DNA from: Candidatus Nitrospinota bacterium M3_3B_026
GTDB taxonomy: Bacteria > Nitrospinota_A > UBA7883 > JBPRGF01
Assembly (NCBI GenBank): GCA_051418015.1
Contig: JBPRGF010000031.1
Coordinates: 139,167-203,166, forward strand
Direction: 5' to 3'
DNA: 64,000 nucleotides
Positions 28,916 to 38,777 of the stretch are shown piece by piece (positions within the stretch are counted from its first letter, which is position 1; every line of letters begins with the position of its first letter). Below the pieces are notes generated by a model. The model ran no database searches. It saw only the letters and a program-made list of their open reading frames with translations, and was not told the DNA's origin. The translations under genes were made by a program, and so were the position numbers.

Positions 28916-31003
28916 ATGAAAATATACACACCGGACAGGATCCGCAACGTTGGAATCCTGGCGCACAGCGGCGCAGGCAAGACATCCCTTGCCGAAGCCA
29001 TCCTGTATGACTCCGGCGCCGTAAGCCGGCTGGGCTCGATCCAGGAGGGGAACACCGTCATGGACCACGACCCCGAGGAGATAAGACGGCAGCTTTCCAT
29101 AAGCGCCTCCGTCGCGGCGTGTGAATGGAAAGACCACAAGATCAACATCATCGACACCCCCGGCGACCAGAACTTCGTCTCCGACACCTACCTTTGCATG
29201 AGCGCCATGGACGCGGCGCTGATAATCGTCTCCGCCGTCTCGGGGATCAAGGCGCAGACGGAGAAGGTCTGGTCATGGGCGCGCGACAGAAAGCTTCCCA
29301 GGGTGATATTCATAAACAAGATGGACAACGACCGCGCCTCCTACGAGACCGCCTTCGGACAGATAGACTCCGCATGGCGCCAGAAGACCCTGAAGCTCAC
29401 CCTCCCCATAGGCTCCGGCCCGGCTTTCAAGGGCGTGGTGGACCTTCTGATGATGAAGGCTTACATCTATGAAAAAGACGGCGAGGGCAGGTTCACCGAG
29501 GAAGAGATACCGGACAACCTTTTGAGCTGGGCGGAGAAGGAGCGGCAGGAGATGGTCGAGTCCGTCGCGGAGACGGACGAGGGGCTGCTGGATAAATACA
29601 TGGAGAACAACGACCTCGAGCAGGACGACCTTTTCGCGGGCCTTCGCCGGGCGGTGATAGCGGGCGAGGTCGTCCCGGTGCTGTGCGGCTCGGCGGCTCA
29701 TAACATAGTGGTGCGAAAGACGCTGGACACCATAGTCCGGTTCCTCCCCTCCCCGCTGGACGCGCCGCCGCGGCCGGGGGCTGGCCCCAAAGGCGAAAGA
29801 ATTGAAATAAAGCCCGACCCCGGCGGCCCCGCCGTGGCGCAGGTGTTCAAGACCATCGCCGACCCCTACGCCGGAAAAATCAGCCTGTTCCGCGTCTTCT
29901 CCGGCTCCATCGGCCCCGACGCCAACCTGCTCAACGCCACGCGGGACCAAAAAGAGCATCTCGGCTCGATCTTCTCCCCCCAGGGCAAAAAGCAGGCGCC
30001 GCTCGAAAAGGCCGTCCTGGGCGACATCGCCGCCGTGGCCAAGCTCAAGAGCGCCCAGACCGGCGACACCCTGTGCCACCCGAAAAACGCGGCCGTTATG
30101 GACTGGCAGCCGTCCCTGAACCCGGTCATCTCCTTCGCCGTCGTCCCCAAGTCCAAAGGCGACGAGGACAAGCTCGGGGCATCCCTTGGAAGGCTCGTTG
30201 AGGAGGACCCGGCCCTGCGCGTGGGGATAGACCGGCAGACTCACGAGATGATCGTCTCCGGCATGGGGCAGCTGCATATCGAGGTGACCATGAGCAGGCT
30301 GAAGGAGAAGTTCGGCATCGAGGTGGAGATAAAACCGCCCCGGATCGCCTACAAGGAGACCATCCGGGGCAAGGCAAAAGGCCACGGCAGGCTCAAAAAA
30401 CAGACCGGCGGCCACGGCCAGTTCGCCGACTGCTGGCTGGAGATAGAGCCCGCGGAGGACGGGAAAGGCTTCGAGTTCGTCAACGCCATAGTCGGCGGAG
30501 TCATCCCCAGGCAATACATACCCGGCGTGGAGAAGGGCGTCCGCGAAACAATGGCCGACGGCGTCCTGGCCGGATACCCGGTCACCGGCCTGAAGGTGAC
30601 CGTCTTCGACGGCAAGCACCACGACGTCGACTCGTCCGAGATGGCGTTCAAGATAGCCGCGTCGCAAGCGTTCAAGGAGGCCTTCCAGCAGGCCAGGCCC
30701 GTCCTGCTGGAGCCGTACATGGAGCTGGAGGTGGTGGTCCCGGAGGAATGCGTCGGCGACGTGATGGCCGATCTGAACAAGCGCCGCGGGCGAGTCCTGG
30801 GCGTTGGCGTGATGGGCGGCCAGCAGCAGATCAAGGCGGTTGTCCCCATGGCGGAGATATTGAGCTACGCGCCGGATCTGCGTTCCATCACCGGCGGCCG
30901 GGGCCAGTTCACCATGCAGCTCGGGTCATACGAAGAGACACCGGCGAACATCGCCCAGAAGGTCATAGAGGAGGCCGGAAAGGCCCGCCAGGAGGCGAAA
31001 TAA
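28916..31003 (+). CDS. fusA: Elongation factor G paralog (EF-G2-like)
   Basis: AHSGAGKT, DTPG, NKMD, GMGQLHIE, KKQTGGHGQF, HDVDSSEMAF. Outside the str operon, with divergent switch motifs. Confidence 0.92.
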   Translation: MKIYTPDRIRNVGILAHSGAGKTSLAEAILYDSGAVSRLGSIQEGNTVMDHDPEEIRRQLSISASVAACEWKDHKINIIDTPGDQNFVSDTYLCMSAMDAALIIVSAVSGIKAQTEKVWSWARDRKLPRVIFINKMDNDRASYETAFGQIDSAWRQKTLKLTLPIGSGPAFKGVVDLLMMKAYIYEKDGEGRFTEEEIPDNLLSWAEKERQEMVESVAETDEGLLDKYMENNDLEQDDLFAGLRRAVIAGEVVPVLCGSAAHNIVVRKTLDTIVRFLPSPLDAPPRPGAGPKGERIEIKPDPGGPAVAQVFKTIADPYAGKISLFRVFSGSIGPDANLLNATRDQKEHLGSIFSPQGKKQAPLEKAVLGDIAAVAKLKSAQTGDTLCHPKNAAVMDWQPSLNPVISFAVVPKSKGDEDKLGASLGRLVEEDPALRVGIDRQTHEMIVSGMGQLHIEVTMSRLKEKFGIEVEIKPPRIAYKETIRGKAKGHGRLKKQTGGHGQFADCWLEIEPAEDGKGFEFVNAIVGGVIPRQYIPGVEKGVRETMADGVLAGYPVTGLKVTVFDGKHHDVDSSEMAFKIAASQAFKEAFQQARPVLLEPYMELEVVVPEECVGDVMADLNKRRGRVLGVGVMGGQQQIKAVVPMAEILSYAPDLRSITGGRGQFTMQLGSYEETPANIAQKVIEEAGKARQEAK

Positions 31004-31019
31004 TCCCCGCCCCGGCGCG

Positions 31020-31817
31020 ATGATAAGGCTGAACCTGCTGAGGGGAGCAAAGAGCCTGCGGGACACCGTAAGGCCGGATACGCCGATCCCCGGCGGCCCT
31101 CCTCCGCTGTGGCGGCGGCCACTGGTGTTATACGCCATCGCCATCATGGCCATGGCCGGGGGCGCGCTCTGGTACCTCGGCGCGGAGGTTTCTGTCAACG
31201 TCGGAGAAAAATCCTACACCGTCATCGGCGAAAGCCCCCACGCGCCGCGCCCTGCGGAAAGACCGGCCCCGGTAAAACCCGCCGAGAGAAAAGCCCCGGC
31301 CGGGAAACCCGAAGAGCGCTCAGAGCCTGCGGCTCACCCCGCCGCCGCGCCGAAGTCGGAAGAAAAAAAGGGATGGGCCGTCCGTTTCGCCGTGTGCGTG
31401 TACAGGGAAAGCTGCGAGAAGCTGGCGGGCCGCCTCGAAAAGAGGGGGATAGAAACTTTCATGGAAGAAGATTTCGCGGAGATAACCGCCAGCAGGGTCA
31501 CCGTGGGGCCTTTCGCGGATGGAGGGGCCGCGGACACGGCGCGGAACAGGCTCATGGAAAAAGGGGTGGGGGCCGGGCTCACCGCCTCCGGAGAGGGGAG
31601 CTATCTTTCCGCGGGGCCGTTTTTCGGCAAGGAAGAGGCGGAGAAGGCCGCGCGGAAAATGCGCTCCGCCGGACATGAGCCCCGGATATCGACCCAGAAG
31701 GAGAAGATGAGGGTCTATAAGCTATACAACGGATCGTGGCGAGAGGAAAAAGAGGCCCGGCGGAAGATGGCGGAGTACAGGAAAAGCGGGATAGAATGTA
31801 TACTTGAAAAACGCTGA
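31020..31817 (+). CDS. Membrane-anchored SPOR-domain protein
   Basis: Single transmembrane segment, Pro/Ala/Lys-rich linker, repeated RVTVGPF / AGPFF..EEA SPOR-like units. Confidence 0.7.
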   Translation: MIRLNLLRGAKSLRDTVRPDTPIPGGPPPLWRRPLVLYAIAIMAMAGGALWYLGAEVSVNVGEKSYTVIGESPHAPRPAERPAPVKPAERKAPAGKPEERSEPAAHPAAAPKSEEKKGWAVRFAVCVYRESCEKLAGRLEKRGIETFMEEDFAEITASRVTVGPFADGGAADTARNRLMEKGVGAGLTASGEGSYLSAGPFFGKEEAEKAARKMRSAGHEPRISTQKEKMRVYKLYNGSWREEKEARRKMAEYRKSGIECILEKR

Positions 31818-31829
31818 AAAGAGCCGCTT

Positions 31830-32201
31830 ATGAGAAAAAAGGGAGAACAGGGAACGATCAAGGGGACAAACGTCCCTGAGAAGATGTTCTACAAGATCCG
31901 CGACGTGGCGAAGATCGCGGACGTGAAGCCGCATGTCCTGAGATACTGGGAGTCTGAATTTCCCCAACTGAGCCCCCACAAGAACAAGAACGGCCAGAGG
32001 GTCTACACCCGCAAGGACATAGACATCGCCCTGGAGATAAAACACCTCCTGTACGAGGAGAAATACTCCATCGCCGGGGCAAGGAAAAGACTGAAAAAAA
32101 AGAAGAGCGCCCCGCGGACCACAGGCGCCATGGAAAGCGTCCGCCAAGCCCGGGAGGAGCTGGCCGGGCTCCTCGACATCATGAAAAAGGAAAAAGTGTA
32201 G
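31830..32201 (+). CDS. MerR-family transcriptional regulator
   Basis: PEKMFYKIRDVA...HVLRYWESEFPQL.P.K..GQRVY...LLYEEKYSIAGAR. Confidence 0.92.
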   Translation: MRKKGEQGTIKGTNVPEKMFYKIRDVAKIADVKPHVLRYWESEFPQLSPHKNKNGQRVYTRKDIDIALEIKHLLYEEKYSIAGARKRLKKKKSAPRTTGAMESVRQAREELAGLLDIMKKEKV

Positions 32202-32226
32202 CCGAAAGAGCGCCCGCCTGAGGGGG

Positions 32227-33147
32227 TCAGCCGCCTCCGATCCCGCGTGAAAGCTCCTCGGCCCTGGCCCTGATCTCGGGCGGCAGACTTGGGTTCGACG
32301 CCAGCGCCCGCAGCATGGCGAGAGCGGTCTCTTTCTCCCCGTATTTCGCAAGCGTTTCAGCCAGAGCCAGATAGGCCGGGTGATACTCGGAGTAGAACGC
32401 CTCGATCACATTGAGCAGCTTGTCGAGCGACTCCCAGTCGCGCGCGGCGATCCGCCCTTCGGCCAGCGCAAGGTAGGGCGCCACGTCCCGCCCCACCTCC
32501 GCCTCCAGCTCGTTTTCGGTGAGCACGTGACCGTACAGGGCCCGGACCGAGTAGTCCCCCGCGACCACCTCTACGATGTCCGGCAACCCCGGCCGCTTCA
32601 TGTTCCTGAGGATGTAGCTGCGATGCCTGATGAGCGCTGGCTCGTCCTCCACCCGCTTTTCGATCCTGAAGTACATCTGCATGAAGAACCGCTCCAGGTT
32701 CGCCCGCTCCAGCAGGCCGGGATAGACGAAAGAATGGCGGCCGGGCCCGTAGCCCATCGTGTCCTCCTGGGTAGGGACGGAAAAGTAGAGGTTCCTCTCC
32801 GGCTTGAGGATGCGGCGGACCTCGTGGAACATGCGGTGCGGATTGGTAAGGTGCTCGAACACCTCGTAGGCGTACACGGCGTCGAAGAAATCGTCCTCGA
32901 AAGGCAACGGTTCCTCCGATATGTCAAGGTGGTAAAGGTTCTCGTGGCCCTTCTCCCGCGCCTTGCGGACAATCTCCTTCCCGGCGTCCACCCCATGGAG
33001 CTCGTTGCCCCGGGCCCGAAGGGCGTCCAGCAACGCGCCAGACCCGAAGCCGATCTCCAGAACGCGCACGTTCTCCACCAGCGGCAGTTTGCCCGCGTCC
33101 ATGCCGGACGGGTCGTAGTCCTGGTATGCGTCCTTGGCCAGCGTCAT
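32227..33147 (-). CDS. Class I SAM-dependent methyltransferase with a C-terminal helical (TPR-like) extension
   Basis: VLEIGFGSG, LPFEDDFFD, EVFEHL, ILKP. Confidence 0.85.
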   Translation of the reverse strand: MTLAKDAYQDYDPSGMDAGKLPLVENVRVLEIGFGSGALLDALRARGNELHGVDAGKEIVRKAREKGHENLYHLDISEEPLPFEDDFFDAVYAYEVFEHLTNPHRMFHEVRRILKPERNLYFSVPTQEDTMGYGPGRHSFVYPGLLERANLERFFMQMYFRIEKRVEDEPALIRHRSYILRNMKRPGLPDIVEVVAGDYSVRALYGHVLTENELEAEVGRDVAPYLALAEGRIAARDWESLDKLLNVIEAFYSEYHPAYLALAETLAKYGEKETALAMLRALASNPSLPPEIRARAEELSRGIGGG

Positions 33148-33244
33148 GGCGCGATCATTGAAAAGATAGCTTTTCTCCTTGGATTATATCACCGGCGGGA
33201 GCCACCCGGAAGCTCTGGCGGACTGGTTTGGAAGGCGAATCAAG

Positions 33245-33337
33245 GGCTTGGTTCCCCAAATGGCGCCTCCGAGCCCCCCTTCGGCCCAGCTTCGGGGCAG
33301 GCTCCGGCGAGGGCCGCCTTTCGGAAAAATCCAAGCC
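33245..33337. repeat. Degenerate REP-like palindromic element
   Basis: Outer inverted repeat GGCTTGG...CCAAGCC. The core CCCTTCGGC...GGGCAGGCTCCGGCGA matches 37398-37431. Confidence 0.55.
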
Positions 33338-33352
33338 GGCCCTCGTCGAAAA

Positions 33353-34120
33353 TCATTTCAGATTGCTCCTGATCTCGTCCAGGGAGAGCACCATCTCGTT
33401 TTTCCTGGGCTGGCCGGCCTTGCGGCTCTTCTCGCCCATCGCCGCCAGCTCATCCAGAGACAAAAGCTCCTCGGGGCGTGTCCCGGACTCCTTCTCAAGC
33501 GCGTTGAGCTCGCCGAGGGTCATTACCTGTTCCGCGCCGGTCTTTTTCTGTTTCTTTTTTTTGGACTTTCTGGTTTTGCCAACCATCTTGCCGGTTCTCT
33601 TGTCCTTGTATCCGCTCAGGTCCTCCTCCGCCCAGACCACCATCAGCTCATCGCCCGATCCCGGCTTTCCGTCGGCGCCGGAGGAGACGACCACCAGGTC
33701 GTAGTTCGTCCGCTCCGTGCCGATTATCCAGTAGGTCTCGTTGCCCCATGCGTCCAGGGGTTTATATATCTGGCCCGGCGCGGGCCATTCGCCGCTCTCC
33801 CTGTAGAACGCGATCAGGCTGTTCTCAAGCTCGATCAGGCGCTTGCCGGTTAGGACGATGTCCTGGTTCTCGGACGCGAGCCCCTCGCGCAAAAGGTCCG
33901 CCTTGTTCTCGGAGTAGGTCTTCGTGTGGCCATACTTTTTCTCAAGTTGCGCCATGGCCTTCTGGGCCTCGTCCATCTTGCCGCGTTTGACGAGCAGCTT
34001 TATGTCCGCCACGGCCTGCTGAGCCGCCATCTCCTGGGGCAGGTCCGTCTTGGGCTCCCCGCCGGAGCAGGCGGCCAGCAGCAAAGAGACGGCAAGAAAA
34101 AACACTGTCCGGTTCTTCAC
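33353..34120 (-). CDS. Lipoprotein with a GspG-like (T2SS pseudopilin C-terminal) segment
   Basis: Lipobox LLAAC. FY.E.G.WP and DAWGN...LVVVSSGADGKPGSGD resemble the T2SSG domain. Confidence 0.6.
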   Translation of the reverse strand: MKNRTVFFLAVSLLLAACSGGEPKTDLPQEMAAQQAVADIKLLVKRGKMDEAQKAMAQLEKKYGHTKTYSENKADLLREGLASENQDIVLTGKRLIELENSLIAFYRESGEWPAPGQIYKPLDAWGNETYWIIGTERTNYDLVVVSSGADGKPGSGDELMVVWAEEDLSGYKDKRTGKMVGKTRKSKKKKQKKTGAEQVMTLGELNALEKESGTRPEELLSLDELAAMGEKSRKAGQPRKNEMVLSLDEIRSNLK

Positions 34121-34123
34121 ATC

Positions 34124-35059
34124 CTAAAGCCTTCTGAAAAGAAACTCTATCCTTCGGTTCAAAATCCTCGTCTCGTCCCTGTCGTTCGGGAACAGGGGCC
34201 TCGTGTCCGCGTAGCCCGCCGCCGACAGGCGCTCCGGAGGCGCTCCCTTTGATATCAGCCACTCCAGGGCGTTCGAGGCCCGCGTCACGGAAAGCTCCCA
34301 GTTCGAAGGATACTTCGCGCTTGCCACGGGCCTGTTGTCCGTGTGCCCCTCCACCACAAGCTCAAGGTCTTTCATGCTCTTAACGATCTGGACGAGCCCT
34401 TCCAGCAGCTTCTCCCCGCCCGGGGCGAGCTTCGCGTCCCCCGGTTCGAAAAGCACCCTGCCGCGGACTCTGACCCTGACCCCCTCGTCGGTGGAGGTGA
34501 TGGACGCCGCGCCCCTGAATCCCTGCCGCGACACGGCGTCGTAGACCACGTTGACCAGCTTCTCCCTGGCCGCCGCGGCCGCGGCCTCCTTTATGTTGCT
34601 GTCCACCTCGGCCATATCCCCAAGAGAGACCGCCTGGTAGCTGCCCCTCTCAAGCTTCGTGACGCCGTACCTGTCCTGGACAGACCCCACCAGCTCCTTG
34701 AACCTTATTATGTCCATGTTGGCGAAAGAGAGCATCAGCACGAAGAAGGTTAAAAGCAGCGTGGCGAGGTCCGCGAAGGTCACCACCCACGCCGGGGCGC
34801 CCTTTACAATCTCCTCCAGCGGCTTTTCACGGGGCGGGGCGGCCCCACCGTCCTCGTGTTTTTCCACCTCCGCCTCCTTGGCCCTGCGGACGGATATCTT
34901 GCCCCCCTCCCTGGCCAGGCGGATCGCGATCTTGCACGCGGGGCAGGTGTAGATCACGCCGCTTGCGGGAATCTTCGACAAAGGTATCCTGGCCCTGGCC
35001 GAGCAGCCGGGGCACGGGACGGACAGTTGCTTTTCGCCGGGAGAGTCTTTGCTGGCCAT
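34124..35059 (-). CDS. MotB-family stator protein with an N-terminal zinc ribbon
   Basis: CPGC-x18-CPAC, the MotB transmembrane motif PAWVVTFADLATLLLTFFVLM, and an OmpA-like domain (VEGHTD, SNWELSVTRA, NRRIE). Confidence 0.88.
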   Translation of the reverse strand: MASKDSPGEKQLSVPCPGCSARARIPLSKIPASGVIYTCPACKIAIRLAREGGKISVRRAKEAEVEKHEDGGAAPPREKPLEEIVKGAPAWVVTFADLATLLLTFFVLMLSFANMDIIRFKELVGSVQDRYGVTKLERGSYQAVSLGDMAEVDSNIKEAAAAAAREKLVNVVYDAVSRQGFRGAASITSTDEGVRVRVRGRVLFEPGDAKLAPGGEKLLEGLVQIVKSMKDLELVVEGHTDNRPVASAKYPSNWELSVTRASNALEWLISKGAPPERLSAAGYADTRPLFPNDRDETRILNRRIEFLFRRL

Positions 35060-35221
35060 ATCGGACGCGAGCAGGGGTTTTCTCTTTGTTCAGCAGCTTT
35101 TATGATACCTTCAAAACACCCCCCCCGGCAAGGCGGCCTGGGGCCGCTGATAATACGTGTGGGGGCGGCGCCTGTTTGTTATAATCACCAGTCGTTTTTC
35201 AAAAAGTCGCGGGATACACTT

Positions 35222-37285
35222 ATGGGCGATCTACTGTTCGAGATCGGCGTGGAGGAGATACCTTCAGGCTACACCCGCCCGGCGGCCCAGGCGCTGAAAA
35301 ACGCCCTGGCCGAAAGCCTCGCCGGGTGGGGGGTCGGCTTCGCCGATCTGAAGGAATACGCCACCCCACGCCGCCTCGCGGCGCTGGGAACGGGCATCGC
35401 GCAAACGCGCCCGGCCAGGAGGACGAAGGTATACGGCCCCCCGGCGAAGGCCGCCTTCGGGCCGGACGGCAAACCCACGAAGGCCGCCGAGGGATTCGCG
35501 AAATCCAGGGGCGTGGACGTCTCGCGGCTCATGGTCGAAAAGACGCAGAAGGGGGAATACGTCCTCGTCGAGATGGAGGAAGGGGGCGAGAGGACGGTGG
35601 ACCTTCTGGCGGAGGCTTTGCCCCGGATGGCCCTCGGCCTTCCCTTCCCGAAGTCGATGATCTGGGGAGAGGGCGGCGTCCGGTTCGCAAGGCCGATACA
35701 CTGGATCGTGGCCCTGTTCGACGATGAGGTTATCCCCATGCGGGCCGGGAAGATAGAGTCCGGCCGCCATACCAGGGGCCACAGGTTCCTCGGCTCCGGG
35801 GACATAGAGATCGGCCGCCCGTCCGAATACGCCGAAAAGCTCCGGGAAAATCACGTCATAGCGGACATCGAGGAGCGAAAACACGCCATCCTGGAGGGCG
35901 CCAGGGCCTCCGCCGAGGCCCACGGGGCGTCCCTTGTCGAGGACGACGGGCTCGCGGAGACGGTCGCCTTTCTCACCGAATGGCCGCGGCCCCTGTGGGG
36001 CTCTTTCGACGAGGCTTTCCTTGAGCTGCCGGAGGAGCTGCTGATCGCCTCGATGAAGGCGCACCAGCGTATGTTCGCCGTGAAAAGGCCCGGTGGAGGG
36101 CTCGCCAACGGGTTCGTGGGGGTGTCGAACATGAAGACCGATGACGACCGCGTCGTCGTGGCGGGCTACGAGCGGGTCCTGCGCGCAAGGCTCACCGACG
36201 CGAGGTTCTTCTTCAACGAGGACAGGAAGCATACCCTCGAATCCTTCGCCGAAAAGCTCGACGGCGTCATCTACCAGAAAAAGCTGGGTACCATCGGCGA
36301 AAAGGCGCGCAGGATCGCCGCCCTCGCGGAGCGGATCGCCGGTCTGACGAGGCCGGACCTCGTGGAGAAGGCCCTCCGCGCCGCCAGGCTCTGCAAGGCC
36401 GACCTGGAGACGATGATGGTCTACGAGTTCCCGGAGCTGCAGGGGGTCATGGGCCGGGAGTACGCCAGGCTCCAGGGGGAGCCGGAGGAAGTATGCTCCG
36501 CCATCTACGAAAGCTACCTGCCCCGCCACTCGGGCGACGAGCTTCCCTCGGGCGACCTGGGGGCCATCGTCGGCCTCGCCGACAGGATCGACACCATAAC
36601 CGGCTGTTTCGGAGTCGGGCTTGAGCCGACGGGAGACAGCGACCCCTTCGCCCTGCGCCGCCACACCCTGGCGGTGATACAGATAATCCGCGGCAAAGGA
36701 TACAGCATCCCGCTTTCGAAGCTCGTGGATTTCGCCCTGGAGCGGCTGGAAGGAAAGCTGGACCGGGCCGGGGAGGAGGTGAAGAGGGACGTGTTGAGAT
36801 TCTTCGAGGGAAGGCTCAAAAACCTTTGGACGGGCGCAGGGATGCCGGCCGACACGGCCGACGCGGTCATCGCCGCCGGGTTCGACGACCTTGCCGACGC
36901 CGAGGCCCGCGCCGGGGCTCTGGCGGAGCTTGGGAAGAGGGATTTTTTCGAGCCGCTGGCCACCACGTTCAAGCGCGTCGCCAACATCACCCGGGGGCAC
37001 GAGCCGGGGGAGGTGGACGAGGCGCTGTTTGAAGAGGCCGCGGAGGAGAGGCTCTACGGGGAGGCCCGGCGGATGGAAGCCGATATCGCGCCGCTGATAG
37101 AGGACAAAAGATATCTCGACGCGCTGGAGCGGATAGCCGCCCTGCGCGAGCCCGTGGACGCCTTTTTCGACGATGTGATGGTGATGGCCGGGGACGAGGC
37201 GCTGAAAAACAACAGGCTCAACCTCCTCGCGAAGGTCGGCGGCCACTTCGGCCGGATAGCCGATTTTTCAAAAATAGCCGCCTGA
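35222..37285 (+). CDS. glyS: Glycine-tRNA ligase beta subunit
   Basis: LLFEIGVEEIP, TPRRL, FARP, KADL...EFPELQGVMG, DPFALRR, NRL.LL. TGtTATAAT at 35177-35185. Confidence 0.97.
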   Translation: MGDLLFEIGVEEIPSGYTRPAAQALKNALAESLAGWGVGFADLKEYATPRRLAALGTGIAQTRPARRTKVYGPPAKAAFGPDGKPTKAAEGFAKSRGVDVSRLMVEKTQKGEYVLVEMEEGGERTVDLLAEALPRMALGLPFPKSMIWGEGGVRFARPIHWIVALFDDEVIPMRAGKIESGRHTRGHRFLGSGDIEIGRPSEYAEKLRENHVIADIEERKHAILEGARASAEAHGASLVEDDGLAETVAFLTEWPRPLWGSFDEAFLELPEELLIASMKAHQRMFAVKRPGGGLANGFVGVSNMKTDDDRVVVAGYERVLRARLTDARFFFNEDRKHTLESFAEKLDGVIYQKKLGTIGEKARRIAALAERIAGLTRPDLVEKALRAARLCKADLETMMVYEFPELQGVMGREYARLQGEPEEVCSAIYESYLPRHSGDELPSGDLGAIVGLADRIDTITGCFGVGLEPTGDSDPFALRRHTLAVIQIIRGKGYSIPLSKLVDFALERLEGKLDRAGEEVKRDVLRFFEGRLKNLWTGAGMPADTADAVIAAGFDDLADAEARAGALAELGKRDFFEPLATTFKRVANITRGHEPGEVDEALFEEAAEERLYGEARRMEADIAPLIEDKRYLDALERIAALREPVDAFFDDVMVMAGDEALKNNRLNLLAKVGGHFGRIADFSKIAA

Positions 37286-37339
37286 CGCCGCGCCGTTTCA
37301 GGCCGCAGGCGGAAAAGTCCGTCCGCCCATCCACCCACT

Positions 37340-37557
37340 GCCAGATGCTTCGCTGGCGCTCAGCATGACATAAATAGAAGGCGCGTTTCATTCTGAGCCC
37401 CTTCGGCTTCGCTCAGGGCAGGCTCCGGCGAAGAATCCCGTTGTTCCGCGATACAAGACTCTTCGCCGACCCTTCGGCCTCAGCTCGAGGCGCAGGCTCG
37501 GCAGGACGCCGCCAGGAAGAGTTATCATAACATCCGGCGGCTTTTTCAATAACGGCC
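37340..37557. repeat. Cluster of REP-like palindromes between convergent genes
   Basis: GATGCTTCGCTGGCGCTCAGCATGACA (near-identical at about 55727-55753), TCATTCTGAG...GAAGAATCCC, and CCCTTCGGCTTCGCTCAGGGCAGGCT. Confidence 0.75.
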
Positions 37558-37574
37558 AGATATCTCAGGCGGCC

Positions 37575-37991
37575 TTATTCGACGGCGACCAACTCGATGT
37601 CGAAGATAAGCTTCTTGCCCGCCAGGACGTGGTTGCCGTCCAGGACGGCGGTGTCGTCTTTAAGCTCCCGCACTATCCAGGTCTGTCCCGTCTCGGGGTT
37701 GGAGAGCACGGCGCCTTCCTTCACGTTCTCCGGTATCTTTTCCTTGGGCGCCTCCAGGACCAGACGCTCGTCATATTCGCCGTAGGCGTCCTCGGGGTGG
37801 ACCTCCACCGTCTTCTTGTCGCCCACCGCCATGCCGATGACGGCGTCGCTTACACCCTTTATGACCTCGGGCGACCCGGCGTCGAACTGGAACGGGTCCT
37901 TGCCCTCGGTGGTGTCGAACACCATGTCGTTCTCCAACCGTCCGGAGTAATGGATGCTGACCTTGTCTCCCTTGTCCACTTTTTCACCCAT
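37575..37991 (-). CDS. FKBP-type peptidyl-prolyl isomerase (SlyD/FkpB-like, no His tail)
   Basis: VSIHYSG.L...VFD, PEDAYG, DGNHVLAGKKLIFDIE. Confidence 0.92.
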   Translation of the reverse strand: MGEKVDKGDKVSIHYSGRLENDMVFDTTEGKDPFQFDAGSPEVIKGVSDAVIGMAVGDKKTVEVHPEDAYGEYDERLVLEAPKEKIPENVKEGAVLSNPETGQTWIVRELKDDTAVLDGNHVLAGKKLIFDIELVAVE

Positions 37992-38073
37992 TGGGAGGCT
38001 CCTTATCTTTATTTGCAGGTATGATCGTTCTCAGTGTTACGGTTCCATGTTAATAAGAGATGGGGGGGCGTTG

Positions 38074-38493
38074 TCAAATCCGTCTGGCGCCCGTCCCGCC
38101 GCACCATCTGCATATCCGGCGGACGCCGAACATGTCCCGGCGCCGTCCCCGCCCGCCGCACATGGAGCAAACGCCGCTGACAGAAGACGGCCCGGAGGCG
38201 CTCCCCCCGGTCTTCTTTATGTATTCGCGCACGAAGGACAGGTCGTGATTCACCCGTTGGGAGGGGCCTCCCGCGCCGGCGAGCCCGCGGTCGTAGACGG
38301 CTTTCCTGGCGGAGTCGGACAGGGTGTCGTGGGCCTCCTTCAAAAGCAGGAAACGCCCCGTCCCCTCCTCGCCCGCCCTGTCGGGGTGGCAGAGGAATGC
38401 CATCCTCCTGTAAGCCTTTTTTATCTCGTCGGCGCCGGCGTCTGGGCGGACTTTGAGGATGGAGTAGTAGTTTAAAGCCTTCCCGGCTCTCAT
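38074..38493 (-). CDS. Small J-domain protein with two CxxCxGxG motifs
   Basis: NYYSIL, IKKAYRR, HPD, CSMCGGRG and CRWCGGTG. Start trimmed to ATG 38493. Confidence 0.82.
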   Translation of the reverse strand: MRAGKALNYYSILKVRPDAGADEIKKAYRRMAFLCHPDRAGEEGTGRFLLLKEAHDTLSDSARKAVYDRGLAGAGGPSQRVNHDLSFVREYIKKTGGSASGPSSVSGVCSMCGGRGRRRDMFGVRRICRWCGGTGARRI

Positions 38494-38605
38494 AAGCCCC
38501 CGCTCCCGTATTCCAGGCCCGCCCGCTCCCGGAGGAAAGCCCCGGCGCGCGGCCCGTCTAACATGGCTGCTTCCATATTTAAATTGTACACCACACTCCC
38601 AAAGA

Positions 38606-38740
38606 AGACCGTTGCGCAAATAACGCTCTCGCCATATTGTCGTCCCGGTGTCCATCACGGGTGTCCAGGGTGAACTTCCGCCGCGGACTCCGTCCAGGAC
38701 GACAGCGGTGGACGATTGTGGACAGGCCGCGCAAAGGTCT
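38606..38740. repeat. Nested palindromic (MITE-like) element of the same design as 14664-14835
   Basis: Terminal inverted repeat AGACCGTTGCGC / GCGCAAAGGTCT with an inner inverted repeat TGTCGTCC...GGACGACA. Confidence 0.65.
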
Positions 38741-38777
38741 CGTTGACAACATGGCTTTCGCGCCGGAAAATAACCCG

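Noticed and set aside
35264..37246. 660-aa antisense ORF, and similar long shadow ORFs such as 4247-5746, 11582-12781, 29273-30667 and 47185-48477
   Set aside because: Expected in GC-rich DNA opposite real genes. They have no motifs of their own.
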